Below, one piece after another: positions 38,636 through 54,100 of a stretch of DNA of 64,000 bases (its first letter is position 1; the number at the start of each line of letters is the position of its first letter). Position numbers and translations under genes: made by a program. This DNA comes from Geosiphon pyriformis uo1 (Eukaryota > Fungi > Glomeromycota): assembly GCA_016748015.1 (NCBI GenBank), contig JAAOMT010000521.1, positions 280,907 through 344,906 of the forward strand. The letters run 5' to 3'. The notes under the pieces were generated by a model that did no database searches, was not told the DNA's origin, and was given only the letters and a program-made list of their open reading frames with translations.

Positions 38636-39568
38636 CTATTAATTAGCATAAAATTACTCTTATAATTCCTATTATTAATTAGTATATATTATCATTAATT
38701 CAATTATCATTTATTATTTAATTAAATTATCAAATATTACTACTCAATCAATAATCCAATTTGTATCATAGAAATTAAGATGATCAAATTACACAATATC
38801 CTGAATCATTTAATATAATCAAAATTCGCTAAAATTAATAAAAATTGGCCGAAATAATCAATAGTTTAGTAAAATAACTTGTAGTTCACCAAAATTGTAG
38901 CAAAGAAAAAAGTGCAAGTTTTAAGACTAGTACTACAACAAGTTGTATAAAAAAAGAGCTTCTCTCTTCAAGAAAATATATCTTTTCATAGTATTTTATC
39001 ATAGTATCTTATATTAGATATCTTAATTGAAACAAATTATTTTTTACACATCTTAAATAAAAATTCAAAATTCAAAAACCAAATTCTTTGATTATTACAT
39101 TTGAAATTCTCTTAACACAATTAACATTTTTGAAATTGATTAGCTACCAATTTCAGTAATCTGTTAGTAACTTCAGGCCTGAATAGAAAACGTTTTTTTT
39201 GACACAATTCTATTTCTTTTATATTTTTTTTATTTTCTTTCACTTTTCTTATTATAATTATTAGAGTAGTCTACAGATAAGATTCTTGTAAAAGAGTTGA
39301 CTTTTACAGCAAAGTAATTACATATTTTTAGTGAGCTTTTAGACAAGCAATTCCTGGGAAAAAGTTGATGTTTACTACAATGTAACTACATAAAGTAACT
39401 GGCATAGAATTGGCTATTCCACTTATAAGCCCAACAGTTCAAATTATAGGAGATAATTTGAAGATAAATTCAGTTATTGAAGGTTCAATTGCTTTCAGAA
39501 AACGTGAAATTAGCAACAGATAAACAGTAACAACATTTAAGAAAAAAGACCAAAAACCTCCAGTAACA
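38616..39568 (+). repeat. Element D 3' LTR
   Basis: Preceded by PPT GAGGAGAAGA; matches 18033-18999. Confidence 0.95.
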
Positions 39569-39572
39569 ATAT

Positions 39573-42500
39573 AATAATTCAGAAAACTCAAATTATTTCC
39601 AAAATCAGATATGCCCATTATCATTGACCAATTAATTAGGGCAATCAGAGACACATGTTTGCTACAATTGTGGTAAACAAAGTCATGTTAAAGCTAACTG
39701 CCAAGTTTATGACAATAACTCATGATCAAGAAATTAATATCAAAACTCTGATTGCAGATTCCAAATTCCAAGTTATTACTCAAATCAAGATCAGTACCAA
39801 TCTAATTACACCTAATTAACACAACAACCAATATATGTACCTTCAATATATCAATCAACAACACCTATAATATATCAACTACTGTAGCCACAACTAATTT
39901 ATCAACCTCAATTCATTCAAACATTATCACAAATGACTGTGTCCAACAGAAATCAGAGACCAAGAACTATTCAGCAAAATTGAAAATCAGTGATGGTTAT
40001 TCATCAACCAATTCTCAGCACATCCCAACAACCCTCAAAATCACATTCAAGAAACTCAGAAACTAAGTACACCCAAAACCCGAATTCCCAGAATTATTTA
40101 AGTTTTCTGGTTATTTCAGAAAAAGCCTTATTCAACAACTTAGAAATCAATCTGAAACCACTTACCAACAACATTTCACCTGCAACTGTTACTGATGATG
40201 AATTATTAGCAGCAATTTTTCCCTTTGAAATTAAGAAACCAACCAAAATATCTCTTTTTAGTAAAGCCACCCTTAATGTGAAGCCCATTATTGCAATATA
40301 CACAGATGTCAAAGTTAATGATCAGTTTATCAAACTAATTCTTAATAGTAGATCAGCAGGCAGCATCATCACACAAAAATTCATGGACCAATTAGGTCAC
40401 TGAGTTGATTATGTTGTTAGTGCTAGAATCATTACAGCCAATGGAATGACCAAAACTCTTATAGATAAAATTAACAACTTCTTTTTTGAAGTCAATGGCA
40501 TTATAATTTTCATCAAAGTCTTGGTGATAGAAACAACCTAATATCAAGCACTAATGAGCAATAACTGGTTGTTCAAAACCAATGTGGTGCTTAATTGGAT
40601 TACACAAGAGCTCCAACTTAGTTAGAACAAACAACACACACATATACCAGTCATATATGGTCACTTTAAGACTACTCACATCCCAGCACCACTAATTAAG
40701 CTTTAAAAAAAAAAAACCTACCTAAGAAGTCTACCAAGTTTTTTGAACTGACACCAAACACAACAAGTTACTATTAATACTTTCTTGGAACAACAAAAGA
40801 AAGAGAAAAATACACCAAAAGAAAACACCACCACAAAAAAAATAACTAGTGACTAGGAAAGATTCTACTTATACGAGCCACTAAAGCAACTGCCATATAT
40901 TTTACTCAAATGCCAAAATTGTGGCAAGAAACTTTCTTTCATGGAAGTTTGAATTGTGCCCAATAAAGACTATTAGACACAAACCCACTATTACTGCAAA
41001 CCATGCCACAGAGAACAGTATGACTACTCAAAATGACAAGACAAGTAGGACAATGAAACATGTCTTACTTGTGGAAAGCAGCTATTTGATAAAGGAATAT
41101 GGAATGACATTTCTAGTTGAGGAAGAACATATGACATGTCGTGCCAATACATGATCCTCATCAGTGACTGAATAAGTTATGGGACATTCATAAATGCCAC
41201 CTGGCACTGAGCAATTTCTCACTTGAATAATTATTCACATGATGAGAATGAAATCTGGAAAATGGCAAATACCAAAATCAAAGGTGTTTCACCTAGCAAA
41301 ATCTTGGAAATAAAGAACAACCCACCAGCACCAGTTGAAGTTATTTTTATTCCCAACTCAGAAGCATTTTTGGATATTGAAACAAATCTAGAAAAATTCT
41401 ATGAACACTACCAGAATCTAGCACCCACTAGAAAAGAACAAAAGCAATGTTTAAAACAATTAAACACTCAATTATGTGACCACTGTTTGATTCCATGTGA
41501 CTTCCAATATTGTAATAAGTGTAATCTTATTTACAATCCCAGAGGAAAAGAACCAATTAGCAGCTGCAAAGTGGAATCAGAATCACAGTTTGATCTTGAT
41601 TCAGACTTTAACAATAATGATAACAAAAATAATGATTCTAGTTCCATTTAAAATAACAATAACAATAACAACAGTTCAAACTCCAATTCAAATTCAGAAC
41701 AATATATTGCACTTTCTGATCTGTCCAAAGAGCAAGAACTTAAATAGTTTAGTGAAAATAATGAAGGTATTATGCCTGAACATGCATATAATATTGATAC
41801 AGGATTTGATCTAAGATATCTGGAAAGAGATGTTATCAAATTGAAACCATATTCATGTACTTGTATTGATTTCAAAGTAGCACTAAAAATCCCAGCAACA
41901 ACAATGGTTCAATTAGCATCTAGAAGTAATATAGCAAAAAAAGGAATCAACATCAGAGGAGAAATAATTAACACAGAATATGTAGGAAATATCATTGCAA
42001 TGCTATAGAATAATTCAGAAAAAACCTATATCATAGAACCAAATGAAAAGATAACACAAACAATATTTCTGCCTCTAATAAAAATAGCTCAGTTAGTATC
42101 AGTAAGAAACCAAGAAGAATTAAGAATAACAACAAAAGGAATACAGAGATTTGGATCCACAAGTAAAATAGATGTACCAGTTAATATGGCAGAGAAAGAG
42201 ATTATTAACAAGGGAGAAATTATCTCCACTCATCAATCAATTTCTATTGCACTATATAACCAGTACATATTAGCTATAGAAAGAAAAATAAAGAATCAGG
42301 TTCAAATTTTTGAAGCAAAAGCCACACTTTGTAAATCAGAAAAGATTAGATTAGTCAATCTATACATACCAGCCAAGAACTATAGTTACATCAAAATTTC
42401 TATTTATAACAACATGAGAAACATCATTAAAATACCAAAAGGAACTACTATTGGATATTTAATCACCAAAATCAAAAACCAACCACCAAACCTCATTTCA

Positions 42501-43994
42501 GATTTTCCACAACTATATGAATATGTTGACATAACATTACAAACAATCTATGGACAGAATGAATGTTATTTGTTTCAACAAAAACAATTAAAACAAATGA
42601 ATTTGAGAAACTTAAACCCACTTCAGTGAATGCAACTCAAAATGTTACTTAACAACTTTACTGACATTTTTGCAAGTGAAAATGAATTTGGCAAAACTGA
42701 TATAATTCAGCACCAGATTAAAACTGGAGATACAATGCCAATTAAACAGAGAGCATATTAAGTATTACCAGCAAATCATAAAATTATCTGACAAAAGATC
42801 AATTGGATGTTGAACAATAAGTTAATTCAATTATCAATGAGTCCATGGTCATTACCAGTAATACTAATCTATAAGAAAAATAGGAAAATCTACTTTTGTG
42901 TAGATTACCAAAAACTTAATAGAGTAACCAAGGGAGATAGCTACCCAACTTCAAAAATCCAAGAACTTTTTGACACTTTTGGAGGAAAAAAATGGTTCTC
43001 AATATTAGACTTAAACAGTGGTTACTGACAAGTAGTCATGAAACCAGAAGATAAGGAAAAAATGGCTTTTACAACTTAAGAAGGAAATTTCAAATTTAAA
43101 GTTATGCCATTTGGCTTGATGAACACTCTTGTTACATTTTAAAAGCTTATGAAAATTGTATATACTAGATTGCTATAAAAATCAGTAGTTGTATATTTAA
43201 ATAACACCAATGTGTTCTCTAAGACATTCAATGATTATTTGTATTATCTTTAACAAGTATTTGAAAGACTAAGAAGAGCCAAATTAAAATTAAATACAAT
43301 CAAGTGTTTCTTTGGGAAAACTGAATTCAAGTTTTTAAGACATGTTGTGAGCAAAAATAAAATCAAAACAGATCTAGACAAAATTGAGATAGTTAAAAAC
43401 TTTCCAGTACTTACCAATTTGACCAAATTATAAGCATTCTTGGAATTTGCAAATTACTACTACCATTTTATTAAAGACTTCTCTAAACTGGTTCAGTCAT
43501 TACACTAGCTCTAAACAAAGAACACCAAATATAAATAGACAGAAATTCAGCAAAAAGCTTTTGATACATTAAGAAGAAAGCTTATTCAAGCTTCAGTACT
43601 AATCTATTTAAATCATAACAAGCTATTTATAATTACAACTGATGCATTAGGTCAAGCATTAGAAACAGTACTATCTCAAAAAAGACCAGATAAAAGAGAA
43701 TATCCAGTAGCATATGCTAGTTGCAGCTTAAGTCTAGCTGAAAAAAACTATAAAACACCAGTATTGGAATACTTAACAATCTATTGGGCAGTTATAAAGT
43801 GGAAAAAATACTTAAGCCAGAAATTTGACATATACACCAATCATAAAAGATTGACTTTAATTCAGAAGCAAAAATTTGGAGATGATTGCCATACTAAATG
43901 GAAAATAGAACTTTTATCATTTAATTATACAGTACATTACAAAAAAAATAAAAATAGAAATATTAATAACTTGTCACAAATAAAACAAATTTAA
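39573..43994 (+). pseudogene. E2 Gag knuckle-PR-Cys cluster-dUTPase-RT-RNase H
   Basis: Collinear with E1 and E4; MPEHAY..GFDLRY near 41772. Confidence 0.9.
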
Positions 43995-44024
43995 AAACAT
44001 TTCAACCCAAAAATATAACAAAAA

Positions 44025-45350
44025 ATAAATATACAAAAATATCAATAACTCCAACACTATATTAATATTCAGCAGTTTAAGAAGAAATTATCTTCAAAAA
44101 AATGAAGCCATATCAAACAACAATCCAAATATTTTACTACTTACCAAGATATACTTTATCAGAAAAACAGAAAAAATCCAGATCAACCAACCAGAGTAAT
44201 TACAGAACCAGAGAAAAAAACAATATTATTTAACATGGACTCAGATCCAACAGCAAAATATTTTCATAAAGAAGCAATCATGGAAAAAATCAGAAAAAGA
44301 TATTATTGGCCATCAATGTAACCAGACATTATTCAATATGTTTAAAATTGTGATGCTTGTCAGAGAAAAAAAGGAACAAGACCCAATAAACCATTGAGAC
44401 CAATTAAAGTGGAACAACTATTTGATCACATTAAAATTGACTTAGTCAGACCATTAACAATCACCAGCAGAAGCAACAAATATATTATAATAATCATAAA
44501 TTATCTTACTAAATAGCCAGAAGCAAAAGCCATTCAAAGAACAGATGCAGAATTCATTGCCAAATTCGTTTATCAAGATCTAATTTGTTGACACAGATGT
44601 TTAAAAGAACTACTATCAAATTAAAAAACTCATTTTGTAAACAGAATACTAGCAGAATTAAGTCAAAAATTTGGAATCAAAAGAACATTGTGTGAAGCAA
44701 TTGCCAAAATCAGCCAAAAAAATCAAAATAAATGGGATTTGTTTATACTATCAGTATTATTTGCTTATCAGACAATGAAGCAAAACACTACACAAGCAAC
44801 CCCATTTGAATTAGTATATGGTAAAACAGCAACATTATCAGTAAAGATAGAAATCAGCACATATCCAACTAAACCAATAACAGAAGACAATTTTCAAAAA
44901 ACATTGTTGAAAAAAACATATAACTTAATAAAAACACTAGAAAACAAATGATGAAAAGCAGCTGATAACATCCAAAAGTCACAAGAAAAACAAAAAAAAA
45001 GACATGATAACCAACTATCAGATAAACCAGTTAAATTCAAGATTAAAGACAAAGTATTTTTACATTATACTAAAGCAGAAAAACAATAGAGTAGAAAATT
45101 TAACTCCAAATAGGATGAACCATTTCACATAGAAAAAATTCTTGGAAATGGAGCATATAAATTAAGATGAGACAACAAAATCTTAGCCAAAGCAGTACAT
45201 GATAATCAACTGAAACCATATTACCATATAGTATCATTATTCACCAATAATATTCCACAATTGGGAGTACAATAAATATTAATCTAACCAGAAAAAATTC
45301 TATGAAATCTGAAATCAATTATTATTATTGAACCAACCATGTCAAATTGA
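44025..45350 (+). pseudogene. E2 integrase with an internal deletion removing the catalytic Glu segment
   Basis: GIKR|TLCEA junction near 44680 lacks SPYHPQTNGLVERFNR. Confidence 0.85.
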
Positions 45351-45404
45351 ACAACCAAAGAAGTATATAAAGACACAATATACATAACAAAAGATACCAA
45401 AAAA

Positions 45405-46030
45405 ATGGAAATTACTGACAATATACATACACTGACACAACAACTTTTCCAACTGATTTAACAATAGAATATAGAAATTACTATCAACTAATAAACCATT
45501 TGATACAGTGATACCAGAAAAATAACTCCATACAAAGTACAGAAACCAGAGAACACCATCAACAAAATAATTCTAAAAATAAAATTGGCAATAGAAGAGC
45601 CAACAAAAGTTACCTCATATCAAGAATTGACCAAAGAAACTTGGAAGTAGTGGATACAAGAATTTCCAAAGAACTTTTGTTATTTCCACTTGGGACAATA
45701 CTTAAATATTCAAAACTTATATACAGATAAGACAAAGCAATTATTTGACACAGAAATATTACAACAACTTAAACAATTTGTGGGAAAGAACAAATTAACC
45801 ACACAAATACAAACCATTTATTGATTACAAGTCGGTTTTCAAGACCAACCAGAAATCTTACTCAATCCAGCAATAGACTTTATTACCATTAACCAAATAG
45901 AAAAATAACCAATATCCAATTTGAAAAATTACAAAACAAGATAACACAAGTAATTTTCGAGAAAGAAGTTCAAGAAATACTCAAAAATAAAGAATTAAAA
46001 TTAGGAGATCTTAATAGAACTTAATATTAA
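45405..46030 (+). pseudogene. E2 ORF3
   Basis: MEITDNIHTL..QQLFQLI; close to E1 ORF3. Confidence 0.75.
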
Positions 46031-46043
46031 AAAAAAAGAATAA

Positions 46044-46872
46044 TGTTACTCATAGAATATAAAAAGTATATTAGTATATAAATTAGCCAATCAAAAGTAG
46101 ACATAGTAAATATGAAATTCCAGAATTTTTTTCAGAGAAATTGTAGGATTCCAGGAATTTCAGAATTCTCATATGAGAAATCACAGAATTCCAAAATTCC
46201 AGAATTTCTTTCAAAGGAATTGCAAGATTCCAAGAATTTTAGAATTTCTGGTGTAAAGAATTGAGGGATTGAAGAATTTTAATTATGTATATATAGCAAT
46301 AGTATTAGAAGTAAAAAAAACAGACTTTTTTATTTAGATTTCATCTAAACAACATTCTAAATTCACAAATACTAATAAATAATTATTTGTTATCTCAATC
46401 CTCTTTCCACTATCAATACTTCATGTTGATAGTAACAAATACTTAACCTTACTAGAACAATAGTTTTTGATTATAGCTATTGATGAAATATTAACATTTA
46501 TTGTCTTGGCTTATTTTTTTCTTTTATTTTTGTTATTTTTTGTTGTTAACTAATTGATTAAGAAATAAGTACTGAATTATTAACATCAAGAATTGTCTGG
46601 TAAAAAACTTCTGCGAGTAAGTAAAACATGTAAGAAATATGGATTGCTTACCAGAGAATTGCTGGCTACTAAGCCAAGAAAAAAATTGATGGAATTGCAA
46701 TTTTAGGAGGCTACTAAACACAATTATTGAATCTCTGTCCATTATACAAAGAACTTAACCAAAACCTTTAGACACTCAAAATTTCCAGATACCAACATCA
46801 CTATATTATTAATTAAGCACCAAATTATGAGTTTGTTATTTGATTTAAGATCCCAAATAATCATCTGTAATA
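46044..46872 (+). repeat. E2 3' LTR
   Basis: Matches 15527-16331. Confidence 0.95.
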
Positions 46873-48151
46873 ACATGATAACAAAAAAAAAGTTTTAGTA
46901 TTATTAAAGCTATTTCTGTTCATATTAATAATATTAGTATTAAAACTAATATAAGTTTTAAAGCAAAAAATATATTATTATTGTTGACAATAAATGGTTC
47001 AAGAAAGCAAAAGTTCTGTTTAATTATAAACTTTGTGAACTAATTATTAAATATAATAAGAAATTTATTGTAATTAAGTATTATTATTGAATCACTTCTT
47101 TAGTATTCAAACAAAACCAAAAAAAAACAATCAAATAAATTAAATAATAAAAATAATAATAAAAAAAAAAGAAAGAAAAACAAAAAAACTATTAAACTTG
47201 TCTATACTATTTTCATTAACAATAACAAACTATTAGATAATGTTAAAACTGACTGAAAAAAAATTATTGTAAATAAAAAGCTAATTTGTTGGTCTTATTA
47301 TAATATTTTTAAAAAAATTTTTAATAAAAGTTTGGCAAAAAAACCAAATATAGTTATTGGTAATATAGTTCTTGTGTTTAATGTTAATGCAATAAATTAT
47401 TGTATTTTTTTAGCAATAAATACAAATTTTGCCTAATTTATTACAAATATTAAGAACCAATTAGCTTAATACCAAAAGAAAAAATAAAAAAAATACAAAA
47501 ATTCTTTGAAAATAAACCACTAAAAATTTAATCAATGATAATAAAACAAAGAAAACTTTTTTCAAAAAAAAAATTAACATTAAAAACTTATTAGCTAGAA
47601 ATATTCTAGTTATTTTAAAAGAAAGTAATATTCTTAAATGTACTTATATAATATAATACATTATTATCACCAAAAAAACTTATCCTATTTATTTGAAGCC
47701 TTATTAATCCAATTATTACAATAATATATTCATTAAAAAAAATTAAACCAAATAAAAAACCTTGAATTCATATAAAAAACCAAGAGTCAATAAGTCTTTC
47801 CAATTGTAATAGTATTCAAGAAAGATAGAACTCTACACTTTTGTATTAATTATTGCCAATTAAATATTTTGACTAAAAGAGATATGTACACATTTTTTAA
47901 GATTAATGTAATGCTAAACCAATTCAATAGTGCTGCTTTTTTTTTAATTATTGATCTAACTGTTGAATTCTGGCAAGTAGAAATAAATTTAGAAAGCAGA
48001 AAAAAAACTGTTTTCATCATTAAGTATGATACTTATAAATTTACAGTCATGTTTTTTGGTTTTATTAATGCTCTTTTTATATTTTAATGTTTAATAAACA
48101 AAATATTTAAATCAGTAAAAAAAACTTTGTTTTAGTTTGCTTAAATAATAT
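46873..48151 (+). mobile_element. Family C protease-RT fragment (host of E2, right part)
   Basis: Reverse complement of ~52670-53960; cut just after the RT YLDD-I motif by the next element. Confidence 0.8.
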
Positions 48152-51100
48152 TGTTATGAATTAGAGTAACAAGCTAACAAATAGCAAGAAAAAACAGAAT
48201 TGTAGAGTGATAAAAATAATCAAAAAAAGAATTACAATAAGGAAGCAAATTAAATATATATAAATTTAATGTGTATGATCAGTTTTATAAAAATTACAGT
48301 TGCAAATTTTTTCTGGAAATCTGAAGATAGAAAAATAGTTTATGATTGTTAACAAGATAATACTACTGCTATTATTCTATGTCTTTACTTGGTAATTCTT
48401 AGAATCAATAACAAGTATTGTTGTGTTTTTTAATTGTTTTTTTATTCAATTAATTACAAAAGCAAGTAATTACTTTTTAAGCTAATTCTAACAATACAAA
48501 TCAAGAAAAAAAAAAGATAAAATATGTGAATTCTAACAAGTAATCTTTTATCCTAAGATGTTCAGATACTTAAAGATAAGAAAAAGAAAATAAGCAATAT
48601 AAGAGAAAATAATTGATAATAGATTTTATTTTGTTACTTTTTTCATATTTTTTTATAACTAAAAGACTTATTGTTTATATATCTATTAAAAGTAGTTAAT
48701 AACCAGATTAATAACTAAGTTAATAATCAGATCAATAATTACTATCTAAAAATAAAATGGCTAATTATGTGACATTAATGACTAATACATGTAATAATTA
48801 ATAAAAAGTATAAGTTTCAACTATAATATTATCTTTTTTAAAGAGATTGAGCTTCAGTAAAATTAAGCTATTTATAAGATAATTTATTTAAAGAGTTTTG
48901 TTTAACTCAAATTTAACTAGTTTATTAAAGTCTTTGATAAATAAGATATATAATATTTGAAACAAAATAAGTTTTATATTCAAGAAACTAAATTTTTGTA
49001 TAAGAGTTTTGGTTCTTTTAGCAATAGTTAAAACTCTTGAAATATTTAATTATATAATGCCCAAAATTTCTGCTTGTATCTCTGAAATTGTTTTCTTTAT
49101 TAGTTTTATATCCTCTATAATTTTATCAAAACAACCATAAAGTTTTAATTGCTTTCCATATGACAAGTTTTTGTCTATAGACAAGATTTCTTGGGGTGTT
49201 TTTTTAATTATGCTGGAAAGTAAGAGTATAGCTGCTATTATACTTTTCAACAGATATTTATCCATTTTGCTACCAATTTTTTCTTCTGGTAGTGGTTTTT
49301 TTGGATCTAATAACAGTATGTGTTCTACTGTTATCAGTTATGATAGTTTGTTTTCTAATGGTCAGAGTAGTATTTGAATAATTTTTGATTCAATGCTTAT
49401 GGAGAGTATAGAAGATGTTTTAAATGTTTTAATCCAGAAAATAATTGTTCATGTTATTACTCAAGTAAAAAAACAAATTCAAATTATGAAGAAACATAAT
49501 CAAAAAATGTAATAATACAGGATAACATGAAGAAACATAGAATAACACATAATAACTTAGAATAACATAATACAAAACTTAATAACATATTATAGCACAA
49601 AATAACTAGTTAAAACATAAGATAACTAGTAATAACATAGAAAAACAAAGCAATAACTGAAATAGCAAAACAATAATTAGCAAGAACAAAACAATTAAAA
49701 AGCAATTCTATAGAACAAAAAAATATATAAAAACAAGTAGTTGTAAAAGTTAGAAAGATAGAAAAAAATTAGACTCTTAAAGTCAATTAAACTTGCAAAT
49801 CATAATTATTAAATACTTCTTCTTTCAAAAATAGTTGCTATTAATCAAAATAAAATTATATCAATAAAATATTTTTTTAATTCTTCAAATTTATGTTATT
49901 ATCTACTACTTAACCTGCTGATACAATAGCTCTTAATCACAGCTATTAACAGGACATTTATTTTTTATTTTTTATTTTTTTTTCTTTATTTTTTTATTTT
50001 TTTTTATTTTTTTTTATTTTATTTTATTTTATTTTATTCTTTCTTGTGAAATAACAACATAGAAAAATTAACTGTCTGAGAATAGACTTTGTGATAGCCT
50101 AATAAAAAAAAGAAGCTCTCCTTAAGTTTAGATATTAACATTATTTTGGTAGCTTATTAGAAAAATAAAAAAACACCACCAGACTCTAATGACTATGCTT
50201 ATTAGCTTGAAGAAAATAGTTCATATTACATACAAAAATTGCAATACTGCAAAACATATCTCTGTGCTTTATAACCAAAAAACTTTACAAATAAATTCAT
50301 AACAATTCAACAAACCTTCAAAGACTGATAATACTAATACAATAAACAAGTCTACTGAAAAAAAACTATTAAAAACTCCCTAAAAATCCAAATCTTAAGC
50401 ACTAAATATTATCACCATATACTACCAAAATTACTTATAATAATATCAATTAAAGATATCTTTATTTTGAGAATAGTGCATTTATTTATACTTGATTTTT
50501 ACTGATTATTTGGATCAATATTACTATAACAAACAACCAATCAGGTCGTTTGTGATATTTCTTAAGTTGTATATCATAAACAAGACAATCATTAAAGATT
50601 GTTCCAGATTGATTTTATAAAATATAAAAATTATTGTTCAAAACTTTGTTGACTATAAAAGATTCTTTCCACTGGCTAAAAAATTTATTACCATAGACAT
50701 TGTCTCTATCTGAATGGTATTCCAATACTAAGTCTCTAATACTAAGTTATTAACACTTAAGAAAAGTGTTTTATAAGTTTTTTTTTTCTTAAACTTTTCT
50801 TGAAACTGTTTTATTTTTTCAAAGACAATTATTTGTGTTTTTACCAAGAAGTTAAGAATAGTATCAAGTTTTTTTTGTAAAATGTCTTTGTAATTTCCTA
50901 TTGTGATTTCTTTAAAGAGTATTGTTTTAATATTAGTTTCTATTGGTAATATTGCCATGTATTTGTAAAGTAGACAAAAAGATTCATAATTTGTTATGTC
51001 ATGATTTATAGTTCTATAAGCAAACAAAGCTAAAGGCAGTATTTTGTTCTATAAGTTTGTTTCTTCACTAATTTTGGTTAAAGTTTTACATAGTGTTTTA

Positions 51101-54100
51101 TTAAAACATTCTACTAAGCTATTTGTTTAAGAGTAGTAAAGGGAAAAAAGTTTATGATGTATTCCTATTTTTCTACAAAGTTTTTCAGCTAGTGTATTAA
51201 AAAAAGCTCTTTTTTTATCAGATAAAAGTTCTTTGAGGCAATCATGATAGTAAATAATATCTTTATAAATAAAGTTGGCTATTGAGATTGCTATTTGGTC
51301 TGAAGTGGCTCTTACTTCTACCCATTTTGTAAGATAGTCAATAGCTGTAATAATGTATCTATTGCTATCAGAAGTTATTGTTAAGAGTCCAACAATATCT
51401 ATACCAATTCTGTTAAATGATTGGCCAACAGAGATTGGATAAATATCTTTTTTTTGGTTGGATTTACTTTTTTTTTGGCAAGTGTTACAGGTTTTGATAT
51501 ACTTAACAATGTTTTTTCCTAAGATAGACCAATAATAGTAAGCTAAAGTTTTCTAAATTGTTTTTGTTTTTCCTAAGTGTTTAGTTAATGGATTAGTGTA
51601 TATGTTGTAGATCACAATTTTTTTTTTAAATCTAATAACTCTTTGGAGGCAGTCAGAATCTTTTTTATTTCTTTTATATAGTTGGTTCTGGCAAATTAAA
51701 TAGAAATTTAATTGTTTGTACAAATGTTTTTTTTGCTGTCAAGTGTATTCTAATGGATATTGTTCTTTATCCAAAAATTTTATTAAGACAGAGTAGTTGT
51801 CCAAGTTCATTATTGGGTTTGTTTGTAAGAGAGTTACTAATAATTAAGTTGGTTTGATTGAGAGGTTGTATTATTACTGAATAGTAAATCTAAAAAAAAC
51901 ATCAGCATTTTGATAATTTGCTCTTTTATAGTGTTAAATATTATAGTCAAATTCATTTAGATAGAGTATCTAGCAAGTTATTTGTTTGTGTTTTAGTTTT
52001 TTTTTATTGTGCAGCCAAACCAAGGCTTGATAATCTGTTACTACTAGGAATTTCACACTAAGAAGATATTGGTTCCAGTAACTAGTAGCCCAAACTACTA
52101 TTAAGCATTTTTGTTCAGTAACTGAATAGTTTTTTTCTGCTGATATAAAGGTTCTACTGGCATATACTATAGCATATTTTCTGCTATTTTTATTTTTTTG
52201 TGAGAAAACAGCACCAAGTCTATAGCCAGATGTATTAGTATACAGAATAAAAAGTTGGTTCAAATTAAGTTGTTTAAGAATTGATTTAGTAACAAGTTTT
52301 TCTTTTAAAGTTTTAAAAGCTTTTTATTAATAAGTGTTCCAATAATAATTGAGATTTTTCCTGAGTAGCTGATTAAAAAAAAAGGCAATTTTGGAAAAAT
52401 TCTTGATAAATTTACAATAGTAAGAAGCCAAATTAAGAAAAAAGCATTGTTTAAGAATATTTATTAGTTGTCTAATGTTCTGAACTTTTTCAACTTTAGC
52501 TAAATTAGGGAGAATTTTATCTTTTATAATAAAATAACTAAAGAACTGGATAGATTATCATCCAAAAAAAGATTTGATTAGGTTTATTTTGAGGCCAGCA
52601 TTTTTAAGGAGATTAAAAATCTTTTCCAAGTGTTTAAAATGTTCATCCCAGGTTTTTAAGCATATTATTATGTTATTCAAGTAAATCAGAACAAAGTTTT
52701 TTTTTACTGATTCAAATACTTTGTCCATTAAGTATTAAAAGATGAAAGGGACATTAATAAGACCAAAAGACATAACTGTAAATTCATAGGTGCCATACTT
52801 GGTAATAAAGACAGTTTTTTTTCTGCTTTTTGGATCCATCTCTACTTGTTAGAATTCAACAATTAAGTTAATGATTGAGAAAAAAGCAGCACCATTGAAT
52901 TTGTCTAGTATTGTATTAATTTTGAGAAGTAAGTACATATCTCATATAGTGATGACATTTAATTTGTGGTAATCAACACAGAAGTATAAAGTTCTCATTT
53001 TTTTTGAATACCACTACAACTAAAAAAATTCATTCACTCTTGGTTTTTTGTATAAATCCAAGATTTTTTATTTGGTTTATTTTTTTTTAATGAATTCATT
53101 ATTGTCTTAATTGAATTAATAAGACTTCAAATAGATAGGACAAGTTTCTTTGGTGGTAATAGTATGTTGTATCACATGGGTTTGTCTAGAGGTATTATTT
53201 TCTTTTGAGATAACTGGGCTATTTTTAACCAACAGGTTTTTAATATCTATTTTTTTTTTTTAGAAAAGAGTTTTTTTTGTTCTATTACAAATAATTAAAT
53301 CTCAGGTGGTTCATTTTTAAAGAACTTTTGTACTTTTTTTAGTTCTTTTCTTGGTATTAGACTAATGAATTCCCAATCTTTGTAATAAATTAGGCAGGAT
53401 TTGCATTCATTATTAGAAGAATACAAAGATTTATTACACTAGTACTAGGCATAAGAGTCATGTAACCAATAACTGTATTTTGCTTTCTTGCCAGGTTTTC
53501 TATCAAAGATTCTTTTGAGGATATTATAGTAAGGCCAATAAATCAGCTTGTCATTTACAATAATTTTTTTTTGTTAGTTTTAACATTTTTTAATGACTTG
53601 CCATTGCTAGTAAATATGATATAGACAAGTTTAACAGTTTTTTCTTGTTTTTCTTAATCTTCTTTTTTATCACTCTTTTTATTATCTAATTTATTTAATT
53701 ACTCATCTTTTTGATTTTGCTTGAATACTGAAAAAATTGTCCAATGATGGTACTTAATTACAATAGGCTTCTTACTATATCTGATGGTTAGCTTACAAAG
53801 TTTATAGTCAAGTAATGCTTTGGCTTTTTTGAGCCACTTATTGTCAACAATTATAATATATTCTTTTGCTTTAAATACCTTCATGTTAGTTTTAATGCTG
53901 ATACTATTAATGTAAACAGGAACAGCTTTGGCAATACCAAGTCCTTTCTTTTTGTTATTGTGTACATTGATCATAAATCTGGTTAAAGGTTTATTAATCT
54001 TTTTACCAATGGCTTCTAAGAAATGTTTAGCAATAATACTGGCAGATAATCTACTGTTTAGGATCAAATCAATAAAGTAACCAGCCACTTGGGTTTTGTA

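Larger units (their letters stand above)
18033..39568 (+). mobile_element. Full-length Gypsy element D nested in E2 gag
   Basis: LTRs 18033-18999 and 38616-39568; PBS TGGTGCTCTTCC at 19002; TSD ACGT/ATAT. Confidence 0.93.
15527..46872 (+). mobile_element. Full-length Gypsy E2 (family A) containing nested elements
   Basis: LTR pair 15527-16331 and 46044-46872; PBS; TSD ATAT/ACAT; host protease reading resumes at 46873. Confidence 0.93.
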
